From a virus (lineage: Duplodnaviria; Caudoviricetes): DNA of 45,651 nucleotides. This document shows, in pieces, positions 25,727 to 35,586 of this stretch. The notes under the pieces were generated by a model. The model was not told the origin of the DNA, ran no database searches, and worked only from the letters and a program-made list of their open reading frames with translations. The stretch's first letter is position 1, and each line of letters starts with the position of its first letter. Where the stretch lies: positions 1 to 45,651 of IMG/VR virus record IMGVR_UViG_3300037478_000106; one strand, written 5' to 3'. The translations under genes and the position numbers were made by a program.

Positions 25727-28700
25727 GCCATCCGTTCTTCACAGACGCCAGTGACCATCCGTTCTTTGAGGGGACTAGCAATGAACTTCGGCAGGGCACC
25801 GCGACAGGCCGTGCGAGTGTCGAGCATGAGAACATTGCTGAGAATATCTACAAGCTTGAACAGCTAAGGGATCAGACGGCTGACCCTAAGCGAAAGGCTC
25901 ATCTCGATAATCTCATCGGGAATCTCAAGAAGCAGCAGACTGGATGGACGAGACCTGTAACCAAAGAACGCCAGGCTGAACGCGATGCTGTAAAGAAGGC
26001 TACTATCGCGGGTAGAATGCCTTGGTATGAAGGTCCAGTAGAGCCCGCAGGTTCAGGCCATGGTTCAGATCTTGTTCGAGGTGTAGGTGCTGGTATTGCA
26101 GCGGCTGGGCCTCTGGCAGCGGATATGGCTCTAACGATCCCTGATTTGATGGGGTCAGATCTAGCTGAACGAGGTAGGGCAAAGCTTCAAGAGAACGTAG
26201 CCACAACTCGAGAGTTCTTTGATCCTCAAGGCGGCACAGGCCTCATCGGAGAGTTTGCAGGCGGTATTGCTGCAGGCGCTCCGGCGTATGGGCCGGTAGC
26301 GAATCTGACAGGGAAGGCTCTTGCGAGTGCTCCTGTGATTGGTAAGGTGCTTAAGCCGATCCTCACAGGTGCAAATGCAAAGAGCACTGCTGGCCGTGTA
26401 GCATCTGGTGCAGCCGGCAACGTGATTGCAGGTGCGCCTATCAACGCGTTGCAGGCTGCCGGGATCGAAGGGACAACTGAAGACAAGCTTAAGGTGCTAG
26501 GGATTGGACTAGGCGCTGATGCTGTATTCGGTGGGGCTATGAGGCAGCCAGTGTTCAGGGATAATCCTCAGGCACCTAAGACTGCTGACATTCCTGCACG
26601 GGATGAAATGATTAAGCGTGACGCTGAGATCCTTGCAGGTAATCAGAAGGCCAAGGCTGATGCTGCAGAGCGGAAGGCCAAGACTAAGGCTAAGACGGAC
26701 GCTCGTGAGGCTTGGAAGAAGGCTAACCCTGACAAGAAGTGGAGTGATCTTAGCAACGAAGCAAAGAATGAAATCTACGCAAAGGCGGTTCCTCAACAAA
26801 CCGCTCCTGTAGAAGCTCCGCCCACCGCGACAGAAGATCAACTCAAGGCCGCGCATCAAGAACTTGCTCGGGCTAAGGCGGAGCTTGCTAAGAATCCTCA
26901 GGATGCTCAGGCCGCAGGACTGGCACAGGCAATGGAGAATATCATTGCTAAGAACACGCCACAGACTACACCGCCTAAGGCCCCTGTCGGGAAGAGTGCC
27001 ATTGCTTCGATGCAGGCAGAGGCTGCGCCTAAGCTCTCGCCTGAGGTTCAGGAGTTCATGCTGCGTAAGGATCTGCAAAAGCGTTACGCTGAAGCAGGCC
27101 TCCAGTATGATTCTTCCAAGCCTGTGCCACAGCTCACGGAAGAGCTGTCAGCGCACCTATCTAATGTCAGACCCAAGTCTCCACGCGAGGAACTGGAGTA
27201 CACCATCGGGGTGTTGAAGGGACGGATTCTCGAGTCTCCACACATGGCACCGTTGCTGACCGATCTAGAGGCTCAGCTTCGTGCGATGGGTGGTACTCCA
27301 ACATCTACGCAAGCGATCAATGCCCCCGCACCCCAGCGGAGTTCGAGGGTACCTAACCCCCCAACCGATGCCGCTCAATCGATTGTGGGGCAACCTGGGG
27401 CCATTATGGGGGGTCCTGGAGCCGATATTAACACGCCTCCAGCCATCGATCCACAGGGTTCCATTTCTGGAAAAGCGGATGCCCCGAAGTCGTCTATTGC
27501 AACCATCTTCGACGCTGTTGGTAAGGTCCTTGCAGAGGATGTAGTTAATCCTATAGACCTGGACATCAGCGGGCGGCCTAAGCTCGTGGCTCCGACAGGC
27601 ACTAAGCTCAACGAAGAACTCGTTGCACAGATTGCCAATCTCGGGTACGAGACCGTCCGCACTGCCGCCTCACCCAGCCCCACCGCAGTTGCCCCTCCCA
27701 CCCCCGCACCACTGCCAGACCCCACCGGAACACAACCGTCCAGTTCACCATCCGCACTACCCGCAATTAGTGCTAAGTATGGCAAGATGACTAAGGGTCA
27801 GCTTGGTAAGCTTGATGATAAGCTTCTGGCTAAACTGGATAATATGGACCCGAACTCTCCTGAGTACGCGGGTAAGGTTGCTGATCTGCAGGAGCTTACA
27901 GCAGAGATCAATCGGAGAGAACAGCTGGCTACGGTGAAGAAAGGTAAGAAGACTAAGGCAGAAGTTCCTGCTGAAGAACCTGTCAACACTCGACCGTATG
28001 CTGATCTTGAGGGTGGTGCTCTTCTAGACCTTCGAGACCAGACCCAGGCAGAGATCGAAGCTTTTGGTAAGAAGGTACCGAAGGAAACTCAGGCCGCTAT
28101 GGATGCTATCCTGGCGGAGATTAATGGGAGGAAGACTGGAACTCTCCAAGGACCTGACTTTCAGGCTCCTGAGGTAGCAGCACAGCCGGTAGCTACTCCA
28201 GAACCTGTGATCTCTGGTTCTGAGCCTCCTCCTATTGATCCTGTCAAGTTCCGTGCGGCACCGAGTAAGCTCTCTAACACAGACCTCGATACTCAGATCG
28301 ATCGAATCAAGTATGATATCGACGGCTCACCTGAACCGGATAAGGTAGCTGTCTTCCGTAAGCGCCTGTCAGCTCTTATCACAGAAAAGACCAAGCGAGA
28401 TGCTACTCCTCCGCAAGGTCCTGATGATATGCCTCCGACGCCTACTCAAGGGATTAAGCTTCAGTCTCATCCCGCGGTAGGTGCTTTTCTCGGTGGCTAT
28501 GCGACAGGTTACTTTGGACCAGGTTCTGAGGACATGACACATGAGGAGCGCCTCGATCGAGCTTTTATGTGGGGTCTAGGTTCAGCAGGTACAATCGCTG
28601 GAGCTAACTATCTGCGTGCTCGTCGTAATGCTCTTCGTAAGCCGAAGATTTCTAACCTCCTCCCTGGCCGTAATCAGGTTGGGATTGAGAAGGTTGTCTA

Positions 28701-31530
28701 TTCAATGGATGAGATCAATCCGCCGGATAGACCTTACATGGAACGCATGAGAGAGTTCTACAATAGTGCTGGCTCTCGTGTGCATAGGATCTATCAGAAC
28801 CTCTTCCAGTCAACAGAAGGTCTTGAAACCTTCGTCGAGCGTGTAGGTAAGAAAGAAGCACCTGCTGAGAATAATCCGTTCAAGCTCGCATCGCTCTTCG
28901 GTACTTGGATTGCTCGTACAGAAGCATTCCTTGCAGGCCATCGTCCGTTGACTTACGTAGAGAACGGAGAGCCTATTCAGATTACTAACGATATACTTCT
29001 TGCTCACGGTATTAAGGTTGATCCTGAGACAGGCGGAGCACCTCTAACCCTTGCCCAGGTTCTTGAACTTGCCGAGGGTGATAAGTATGCTCTCGGTGAT
29101 CTTGCTGTTGCATACGCAAGTCTTGAAGGTGCAGGCCGTGGACCTGTGCCTATGGATGTTGCAACAAGAGAAGCTCTTATCCGTAGCGCACATCCGAAGC
29201 TGCGGCTTGCTGTAAAGGAGCTTCGTAAGTACAACATTGCAACAGCACTTGTGCTTCATAAGGCTGGTCGGCTGTCTCTTGACGGCCTTCAGAAAATGGG
29301 TACTGAAGACTGGTACACTCCTTTCCATCGAATCGTAGAACAGCTCGACCGTATCAATGCTACGAAGAGAGGTAAGGAAAAGATCAATGCACCTAATACG
29401 CTTCATGGCCGTAAGCGTGGAAGTAAGAAGGCTGTATTGAATCCTTACGAAGTTTCAGTTGATATGACTCGAAGGATGCTTCGCGCAGCTGAGTATGGGC
29501 AGTTGGTTGAATCTCTGGTCAGTACTGTAGAGGCTCTTCCACTTGCTGCACAGCGTGAGATCCTTCGACCTGTTAACAAGTCTGGTACGAAGGCAGCTAC
29601 AATCGATCAGATGTTGTCCGGTGATGCTCTTCGTACTTTCATGAGGACAACGAAGCTTTCAGAAGCTGATGCAAAGTCATTGCTTGCTTACGTAGACGAT
29701 GATACTGTTCTCGGCAAGTCAGGGATTCTTACTGCTTATCGAAACGGACAGTTGCATAGCTACGTGATTGAAAGACCTGATATCTTCGAGGCTATGAAGT
29801 CAATGATGCCGTCTGAGATTGATATGCTTTGGAAGGTTCTTGGAGTTCCGACAAGAGTTGCAGCCCGAGGAACAGTTCTGAATCCAATCTTTGCGTGGAA
29901 TCAGGCATTCATGGATAACTTCCTCGCAGCTGTAAACTCAAAGTATGGATTTCGGCCAGGTATTGATAATATCAGAGGCTGGTACCACTCGATGTCGAAC
30001 TCTCCACAGTACCAGAAGATGATCGACGCAGGTGGTCCTGGCTCGATTGCACAGTTGGATTACACTAACCCTAACACCGCGTTGCAAGCCCTAAGGGCCA
30101 AGGGAGATAACGTTATAGATACCGCTGTGCGTAACATTAAGGAGATGTCTATTGGGCGTGCGTACAAGGCGTTCTTGTATCCGCTCATGGAAGCTCCTCG
30201 GGTAGGAGAGTATCTCCGAGCACTTGATCATGGAGAGAGCACCTTACAGGCTGTCTACGCTGCACATGAGGTTACAGGTAATCTTCGTATGCAGGGTTCA
30301 TTGAACGCAGTTCGATCCTTGCATCAGATGACTCTATTTTCTCGACCGGCACTCGCTGGTATTTTGAAGACTGTCAAGGAGCTTGGAGTTGGACTTCATG
30401 CACCTGAGTACAACAAGACTCAAACTGGAAAACTCTTTCAAGCAGCGAATAGATCAGCAGGTAAGATCGGAGATAAGACTCTTCGTACAGCAGCTCAGGC
30501 AGCCACGTCTAGCCGTGCGGCAGGTGCACTTAGCTTTATGACGAAGGGGTTTGCTTATATTGCTGTACCATCGATTGCACTGTGGCATGCTCAGAAGGAT
30601 GATGAGGAGATCAATCAGCTTCGTAGAACTACAGGTGGTCAGCGTTACTGGTTCATTCGACTTCCTGATGGTACTATTACTAAGCATCGTAAGCCTCATG
30701 TGATTGGGCAGATCTTTGGTACAACTGTCGAGAATATTCTAGATCAGCTACAGGCAGAGGATCCAGAAGCTCTCGGACGTTGGCTTGAAGGCATGTCTAA
30801 CGATGTGTCAGTTAATATGCTTCCTCAGATCGGTGTTGTACCTTATAGCCTCTGGGCAGGCAAGTCTCTCGGCCTGAACGCACCGCTGACTCCACGAGGT
30901 GATGAGGCCATGAGTCCAGCTCTCCAGGGCTATGACAAGGCATCTCTCCCCGCAAGGGTCGTGGCGGATGCGCTGGCTCCGTTGTCGAGTAGGGTGGGGG
31001 GAGACGGCGTAATCGGAACTGCTGCGAGGCGGGGGATGAGTCCGGCGGGGGCGGACTACGTGGTAGGGCAGCTGGCGGGGATGCTGGGGCAGGATGGGGT
31101 GAGGCTGATTGGTGCGGCGATGGAGTACGGCAACAGCGGGTTCTTGCCGCCCAAGGAAGAACTCCCAATCATCGGGAGATTGGTACAGGCCTATCCTTCA
31201 ATGAATGTGAGGGAGGTACAAACCTTCTACACGCGAGACGCAAAGGTCATGCAGGTTGCGGCTGATCTAAGATGGATCACTAAGAACAAGCCAGACCTGA
31301 TCGCGGACTTTGTAGAGGATAACATCACACAGATTCAGATGGCACCGGTGCATAGTAGTGCGAGGGAGGACATCGCTAATCTACGCCGTGCGATTGACGA
31401 TCTGCGAAGGATGCCGGATAAGACGACATCGAAACAGTATCAGAAGTCTGTCGAGGCGCACTTCATCAAGATGATCGAGGAGAGGTTGAGAGTTGCTAAC
31501 CTAATCACTGATGGAATGAGACCGAGATAG
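25723..31530 (+). CDS. Large internal virion/ejection protein with a C-terminal LPD38-like region
   Basis: 1935 aa; DDEEINQL...YWFIRLPDG...RKPHVIGQIFG...E pattern. Confidence 0.75.
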   Translation: MSHPFFTDASDHPFFEGTSNELRQGTATGRASVEHENIAENIYKLEQLRDQTADPKRKAHLDNLIGNLKKQQTGWTRPVTKERQAERDAVKKATIAGRMPWYEGPVEPAGSGHGSDLVRGVGAGIAAAGPLAADMALTIPDLMGSDLAERGRAKLQENVATTREFFDPQGGTGLIGEFAGGIAAGAPAYGPVANLTGKALASAPVIGKVLKPILTGANAKSTAGRVASGAAGNVIAGAPINALQAAGIEGTTEDKLKVLGIGLGADAVFGGAMRQPVFRDNPQAPKTADIPARDEMIKRDAEILAGNQKAKADAAERKAKTKAKTDAREAWKKANPDKKWSDLSNEAKNEIYAKAVPQQTAPVEAPPTATEDQLKAAHQELARAKAELAKNPQDAQAAGLAQAMENIIAKNTPQTTPPKAPVGKSAIASMQAEAAPKLSPEVQEFMLRKDLQKRYAEAGLQYDSSKPVPQLTEELSAHLSNVRPKSPREELEYTIGVLKGRILESPHMAPLLTDLEAQLRAMGGTPTSTQAINAPAPQRSSRVPNPPTDAAQSIVGQPGAIMGGPGADINTPPAIDPQGSISGKADAPKSSIATIFDAVGKVLAEDVVNPIDLDISGRPKLVAPTGTKLNEELVAQIANLGYETVRTAASPSPTAVAPPTPAPLPDPTGTQPSSSPSALPAISAKYGKMTKGQLGKLDDKLLAKLDNMDPNSPEYAGKVADLQELTAEINRREQLATVKKGKKTKAEVPAEEPVNTRPYADLEGGALLDLRDQTQAEIEAFGKKVPKETQAAMDAILAEINGRKTGTLQGPDFQAPEVAAQPVATPEPVISGSEPPPIDPVKFRAAPSKLSNTDLDTQIDRIKYDIDGSPEPDKVAVFRKRLSALITEKTKRDATPPQGPDDMPPTPTQGIKLQSHPAVGAFLGGYATGYFGPGSEDMTHEERLDRAFMWGLGSAGTIAGANYLRARRNALRKPKISNLLPGRNQVGIEKVVYSMDEINPPDRPYMERMREFYNSAGSRVHRIYQNLFQSTEGLETFVERVGKKEAPAENNPFKLASLFGTWIARTEAFLAGHRPLTYVENGEPIQITNDILLAHGIKVDPETGGAPLTLAQVLELAEGDKYALGDLAVAYASLEGAGRGPVPMDVATREALIRSAHPKLRLAVKELRKYNIATALVLHKAGRLSLDGLQKMGTEDWYTPFHRIVEQLDRINATKRGKEKINAPNTLHGRKRGSKKAVLNPYEVSVDMTRRMLRAAEYGQLVESLVSTVEALPLAAQREILRPVNKSGTKAATIDQMLSGDALRTFMRTTKLSEADAKSLLAYVDDDTVLGKSGILTAYRNGQLHSYVIERPDIFEAMKSMMPSEIDMLWKVLGVPTRVAARGTVLNPIFAWNQAFMDNFLAAVNSKYGFRPGIDNIRGWYHSMSNSPQYQKMIDAGGPGSIAQLDYTNPNTALQALRAKGDNVIDTAVRNIKEMSIGRAYKAFLYPLMEAPRVGEYLRALDHGESTLQAVYAAHEVTGNLRMQGSLNAVRSLHQMTLFSRPALAGILKTVKELGVGLHAPEYNKTQTGKLFQAANRSAGKIGDKTLRTAAQAATSSRAAGALSFMTKGFAYIAVPSIALWHAQKDDEEINQLRRTTGGQRYWFIRLPDGTITKHRKPHVIGQIFGTTVENILDQLQAEDPEALGRWLEGMSNDVSVNMLPQIGVVPYSLWAGKSLGLNAPLTPRGDEAMSPALQGYDKASLPARVVADALAPLSSRVGGDGVIGTAARRGMSPAGADYVVGQLAGMLGQDGVRLIGAAMEYGNSGFLPPKEELPIIGRLVQAYPSMNVREVQTFYTRDAKVMQVAADLRWITKNKPDLIADFVEDNITQIQMAPVHSSAREDIANLRRAIDDLRRMPDKTTSKQYQKSVEAHFIKMIEERLRVANLITDGMRPR

Positions 31531-31533
31531 ACA

Positions 31534-31553
31534 CTTTTCCGGAAATGGAAAAG
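31534..31553. promoter_or_regulatory. Palindromic motif, copy 6
   Basis: CTTTTCCGGAAATGGAAAAG overlapping the terminator arm. Confidence 0.65.
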
Positions 31554-31585
31554 GACCGGGAGCCATAGAGCCCTCGGTCCTTTTC
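31548..31585. terminator. Bidirectional intrinsic terminator between the convergent arms
   Basis: GAAAAGGACCG...CGGTCCTTTTC. Confidence 0.8.
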
Positions 31586-31587
31586 TA

Positions 31588-32730
31588 TTACTCGGCAACC
31601 GGATAGTACTTGGTACCGTTGAGACGAATCTTTCCGATGACTACCAGTGTGTCAAGCACCTCGAACATCTCTTCCATCCGTACAGAATGCTTGAACATAT
31701 TGATGAGTTCGGCTTTCGTCACACCGTCAGGCCGACTGAGAACAACAGCGAGTGTATCTTCGATGTCCACGGCGAGTGGATTCTTACCAACGTTAGCGAA
31801 GACCCTAGGCATTTTAGACTCTGCCTGATCGAACAGTTTCATTGCGGCTTCAAGGTCTTCTAGTTCTATCAAAGTCTCATCTCGCATGCTAGCAGCTACA
31901 ATCATTGCGAGTTTAATTAGATGAATAGGCTTACGTTCGTAGAATCCATTTAGCCGAGGGTCACCTGTCGGGTTAGGGTGTTGAGTGCGATCTCTATACC
32001 ATCGTGTGTAGAGATCATTTGCGTCTGGAGAGAACTTGTACTCTCCGTTAATCCTTGCGATAGCTTGAAGGTCAGTTACCAGGAGATGCCCAAGAGCGAC
32101 TTGCTCTGGACTGAGCTTCGGAATCGGATCTCGAATACGCGGAGTATCATGGTAGATAAAGATAATCCGACTGGTCAGACCAATGCCGATAGTGTCAAGC
32201 GGCATTGCCTTAGCGATCCAGTCTGGCGTGGTACCTGCGAGCATATTCAAGTAAGGTGCTTTGATCTTCTGTGTTCCTGATGCCTTGGTCTTGTGACTCC
32301 ATTCGAGGGGCGAGTCGAAGATGTCGGTAAGGAACACTACCATGTCCATACCAGAGCTTGTCAGCATTGAAGCGAACTCACTGGAGTGAACAGTTAACGC
32401 GGACTGCTCCTGCTTATGTGCCATTGAGAGGTCCTGAATAAATCTCTCTCGTGTGGTAGAATCGGCACTGAACTCGATGTCTGGAATCTGCGTGAACAGA
32501 CTCTTTCCCATGCGCATTGCAGTGGATTTCTTACACCTCCCAGCAGGGCTTACAAGGACGATGTACATGTTAGGGTACACCAAGAAGTAACCCATATCAA
32601 AGAATACACGTCGCCTAAGGACCGCAGCGATAGACGAGATACCCACCCAGGTGTGGTACTCATCCGGAGACTCACTTTCAGCTGTGTATGCTAGATATGC
32701 CTGCAGCCAGTTGGGGAGTTTACGTGTCAC
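31588..32730 (-). CDS. DUF3987-type P-loop ATPase, probable replicative helicase
   Basis: YPNMYIVLVSPAGRCKKST Walker A, SSEF Walker B-like, GLTSRIIFI; near the polymerase. Confidence 0.75.
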   Translation of the reverse strand: MTRKLPNWLQAYLAYTAESESPDEYHTWVGISSIAAVLRRRVFFDMGYFLVYPNMYIVLVSPAGRCKKSTAMRMGKSLFTQIPDIEFSADSTTRERFIQDLSMAHKQEQSALTVHSSEFASMLTSSGMDMVVFLTDIFDSPLEWSHKTKASGTQKIKAPYLNMLAGTTPDWIAKAMPLDTIGIGLTSRIIFIYHDTPRIRDPIPKLSPEQVALGHLLVTDLQAIARINGEYKFSPDANDLYTRWYRDRTQHPNPTGDPRLNGFYERKPIHLIKLAMIVAASMRDETLIELEDLEAAMKLFDQAESKMPRVFANVGKNPLAVDIEDTLAVVLSRPDGVTKAELINMFKHSVRMEEMFEVLDTLVVIGKIRLNGTKYYPVAE

Positions 32731-32972
32731 GTTGCACGCAGCTCCTCATCCAGCATAAGGGCTTCCCAAGTCCAGTCGTTCCATAGATCAGGAGTCATGT
32801 ACTCAAGTTGAATAGGATCGACCTGATAAGCCTTGTTGCAGTAGGTTCTGAACAAGCGCTTCAACTTGGTAATGTACTTATCATGGTCCTGAAGCTTTGG
32901 TGCGAAATAGTTATTCTGGAAGAACCCTACGCAGAATGCAAAGTAGAGAGCCTTCAGTTGGTCCTGCTCCAT
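32727..32972 (-). CDS. Hypothetical protein, 81 aa
   Basis: GGAGG RBS; TGATG coupling to the polymerase gene. Confidence 0.65.
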   Translation of the reverse strand: MEQDQLKALYFAFCVGFFQNNYFAPKLQDHDKYITKLKRLFRTYCNKAYQVDPIQLEYMTPDLWNDWTWEALMLDEELRAT

Positions 32973-35371
32973 CAGTCCTCCCACTTGGAAATGTCTCTGA
33001 GCCCCATCGGATTAGTGAGGCCATCCTTACTCCTGTTTCCCCAGTTGTAGCCGACCTTGGAGTCAGTGGGGATAAGGATCTGATGCCCATTGCACTCGAA
33101 CGGAATCGTCATGCACTCGGTCATCAGGTCATTGACTTCTCGTACATGTTCCTTAGGGCACTGAACCAGGATCGAGTCATGCACCTGCAACATCAACTGA
33201 GCCCTAAGATCTGCTCTACTAATCTGCACTCTTTCATAGATATTCGCGACGGCTTCGTTGCACAGCCAACCAATAGTGCTCTGAGGAATGTATGAGTATC
33301 CCTCTCTAGACAACTTGTCATCCATTCGGCTAAAGAACGTTCGCTTCCGACCAAAGGGGGTGGTAAGTGTACGGGAGTAACGGAGCTCCTTATCAACTGT
33401 TGCCCAATAAACTGATTTGTGGTTAGGGTGAAGGAGCCAGAATCCGTCGATGACTTTTCGGGCAAGAGATTCAGTGATAGTAATGCCAGTTTCTTCGGCA
33501 TCTTTATTTACAACCTCCACGAAGCGGCGAGCGTCCATGCCATAGTTAACTGCATGGCGGACTTTCTTGCCGAGGTATCGTTGAACATCAGTGACTTGAT
33601 CTAGCGGGATACCAAAGATCTTTGCCGCGGTCTCCTTGTGAATGTCTCGCGAGGGATCGGCAAAGAGTTCCAGCAGGTACCTATCGTTAGCCAGTGCTGC
33701 TACCACCCGTGCTTCAGCCTGAGAGAAGTCGCGATAGATGAAGACCATGCCAGGGTCTGCAATGAACATCTCACGTAGGTTCTCAGGAATGTTCTGCAGG
33801 TTTGTTCCCGACCCATAAATCGAAGCGCGGGAAGAAAGCCTACCACTACGAGTACCAGTAATATCAAACGAACAGCGCATCCGACCGTCGCTATCGATTG
33901 CCACATCAAGGTACGTTTCAATGAGTTTCCTCCGCTGACGGATTTTCAAGATAGTCATGAGCAGAGGATTCGGATGCTTAGCTGACAACTTAATCAGCGC
34001 ATCCTCATCTGCAGTGACTGTCTGTGTACCATTAGGCCGCTTCTTGTACTGCTTAGGCAGACCAAGCTTATCGTACACAAGCCACTTCACATCCGGTGAT
34101 GAAGCATTGATTGACTGGCCAGCGCTCTTGTCTAGGAATGACTGGAGGTTGTCAAGCTCTCCAGTGATCTTCGCTCGAATGGCATCGCGCTTAGGTATAT
34201 CAACCTTAATCCCATGCCTAGTCATCGACATGAGAGGTTCGACGAGACTCATGGAGTGCCGAAGCACACCGAGGTTTCCCATCTCACGGAGTTCTTTTTC
34301 CTGCACATCTCGGATCTCTCGTGTAACTACAGCATCGAGCGCATTATAGCGCCAGAACATCTGGAGGTCATTCGTCTTTTTCCAGATCTTGCCATCGTCC
34401 TTATACCTCGGCTCACGTGTGTAGAGAGACGTCTGGAACGCCAGCCCCTTGGCGAAGGCTGCCGTGCGTTTAGTCTTCGTGTGATTCGAGAGTTCATCCT
34501 CACCACGAGCGCACTCTGCGTACAGTGCATGGTGCCCAAGCATCGTATCCCAAGCGAAGTTGTTGACCTCATAACCTTCGTCACGAAGAACGGTCGTATC
34601 GAAGGTGCCATTCTGCATAACCTTACGAACAGGCGAAGCAAGTAAGGTGCGAATGGCATGTATCTTGAGCGGATGGTCGCAAGGGATTGTGACAGCTCTT
34701 TCTGCCGTATCTGAAAACCCAACACAAGAGAGCCTCCATCTGCCATGCCCATCTTCCACGCACTCAATATCGACTCCGAGCCATTCAGCCTGGAGGAGTT
34801 CGAGAACGAGACCATCGAGGAGTTCAACTGCTGGGTCAAGGATTAATTCCCTCTTAGGCCGGATGATCTCCGGATAGGTGGATTCCTCAGCTACACGACG
34901 AAGATCAAACTCAGCAACCGCTTTGTAATCGTATAGCCGCATGACCTGCGAAGGATGGTATGTGCCTACAGTCTTGAGCCCTGGTACAAAAGTAGACTCA
35001 AGGATAGACCCACGCCAGTTATTGATGCCTGCCTTCTTCGTCATGACACGAAGAGGTTCAGCCCCTAGTGCAGTTACGATGTTAGGCTTGATTTCTACGA
35101 GATCCTTCTTCAGCTGAAGCAAGCCACGCATCAGGTGGACCTGACCATCCTTGCTAGAGAACCACTTGAACTGTCCCCCAGGAGGCTGATGATGACAGAT
35201 ATTCGTAAGGAAGACTTCTCGGCGAGAGATGCCAGACCGCTCAAGCATACGGTCCAGCAACTCACCCGAGTACCCTACGAATGGTCTACCCTGTTTGACC
35301 TCGTTAAGGCCAGGCGCATCACCAAGGATGACAATCTTTGCATCACGAGGACCTTCAGAGTAGATAGCCAT
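32972..35371 (-). CDS. polA: Family A DNA polymerase with an N-terminal family-4-like uracil-DNA glycosylase domain and a 3'-5' exonuclease
   Basis: UDG GDAPG...E...GRPFVG.SG...TYHPS; Exo VDIE, NGTFD, YNALD; pol TRSGRLSS, DFSQAEAR, K...YG, VHDS. Confidence 0.95.
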   Translation of the reverse strand: MAIYSEGPRDAKIVILGDAPGLNEVKQGRPFVGYSGELLDRMLERSGISRREVFLTNICHHQPPGGQFKWFSSKDGQVHLMRGLLQLKKDLVEIKPNIVTALGAEPLRVMTKKAGINNWRGSILESTFVPGLKTVGTYHPSQVMRLYDYKAVAEFDLRRVAEESTYPEIIRPKRELILDPAVELLDGLVLELLQAEWLGVDIECVEDGHGRWRLSCVGFSDTAERAVTIPCDHPLKIHAIRTLLASPVRKVMQNGTFDTTVLRDEGYEVNNFAWDTMLGHHALYAECARGEDELSNHTKTKRTAAFAKGLAFQTSLYTREPRYKDDGKIWKKTNDLQMFWRYNALDAVVTREIRDVQEKELREMGNLGVLRHSMSLVEPLMSMTRHGIKVDIPKRDAIRAKITGELDNLQSFLDKSAGQSINASSPDVKWLVYDKLGLPKQYKKRPNGTQTVTADEDALIKLSAKHPNPLLMTILKIRQRRKLIETYLDVAIDSDGRMRCSFDITGTRSGRLSSRASIYGSGTNLQNIPENLREMFIADPGMVFIYRDFSQAEARVVAALANDRYLLELFADPSRDIHKETAAKIFGIPLDQVTDVQRYLGKKVRHAVNYGMDARRFVEVVNKDAEETGITITESLARKVIDGFWLLHPNHKSVYWATVDKELRYSRTLTTPFGRKRTFFSRMDDKLSREGYSYIPQSTIGWLCNEAVANIYERVQISRADLRAQLMLQVHDSILVQCPKEHVREVNDLMTECMTIPFECNGHQILIPTDSKVGYNWGNRSKDGLTNPMGLRDISKWED

Positions 35372-35586
35372 TAGACTTGATTCTCCGCACGCTTCGCCAT
35401 TGCCTTCTTAGCAAAGAACGCAGCTTCTTCCAGCTTAGTACGAACGATAGACATCTCACGACCGTCCGTACCGCAGATGTGTTCTAGGCCATCAAGAAGA
35501 ACACTGAAAGTATCTGCGATGTCAGTAGCTTTTTCCTTGCCTTGCGTGTTAAGCATGTGTACTGCAAACTCATCACGATGTTCCAT
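35371..35586 (-). CDS. Acb2/Tad1-like helical-hairpin protein (putative immune-signal sponge)
   Basis: F..H...REMSIVRTKLEEAAFFAKKAMA signature; 71 aa. Confidence 0.65.
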   Translation of the reverse strand: MEHRDEFAVHMLNTQGKEKATDIADTFSVLLDGLEHICGTDGREMSIVRTKLEEAAFFAKKAMAKRAENQV

